In this document: piece after piece, positions 51,012-51,041 of the stretch | Numbering within the stretch: position 1 is the stretch's first letter | How the letters are laid out: each line of letters begins with the position of its first letter | From: a virus | Reading direction: 5' to 3' (one strand) | Virus record (IMG/VR): IMGVR_UViG_3300028840_001916 | Length of the DNA stretch: 51,041 bases | Made by a program: the position numbers and the translations under genes | Notes under the pieces: model-generated | Databases searched by the model: none | What the model saw: only the letters and a program-made list of their open reading frames with translations | What the model was told of the DNA's origin: nothing

Positions 51012-51041
51012 ACTATCTATCCTTGCGGGACGCCTCCTCGG
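50898..51041. repeat. Terminal direct repeat, right copy (identical to 1-144)
   Basis: Base-by-base identity with the window start. Confidence 0.95.

Overview
GC-rich tailed-phage genome of about 50.9 kb. It was assembled with a 144-bp terminal overlap (1-144 is identical to 50898-51041), so it is circular or circularly permuted and the window start is arbitrary. Two divergent transcription arms leave a promoter hub at about 26.0-26.3 kb and meet tail-to-tail at 41358-41391. The rightward (+) arm, 26277-41391, carries small early genes, a family-4-UDG-like::family-A DNA polymerase fusion and a holin-like / metzincin-lipoprotein / u-spanin-like envelope cassette. It also carries a metallophosphoesterase, ERCC4-like and Cas4/RecB-like nucleases, a Sak4-like ATPase, a P-loop/wHTH ATPase, and DUF5664- and DUF4326-like proteins. 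The leftward (-) arm runs 25992 -> 1 (=50897) -> 41358. It opens with a block I cannot place: two beta-rich proteins, a lipoprotein, two unknowns and a purple-acid-phosphatase-like esterase. About 14 small genes, terminator hairpins and a 0.97-kb non-coding hub follow. After the hub comes a packaging and morphogenesis unit in T7-like order: DNA-binding proteins, TerL, a 5-gene accessory island with DUF2829/Tad2-like and NDT-like genes, portal, an HExxH protein, scaffold, major capsid, adaptor- and nozzle-like proteins, and six internal-virion-like proteins. By eye I found no tRNA, rRNA, CRISPR array, integrase, reverse transcriptase, phage RNAP, primase or replicative helicase. All family calls rest on motif-level reading of the translations. 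No searches were run.
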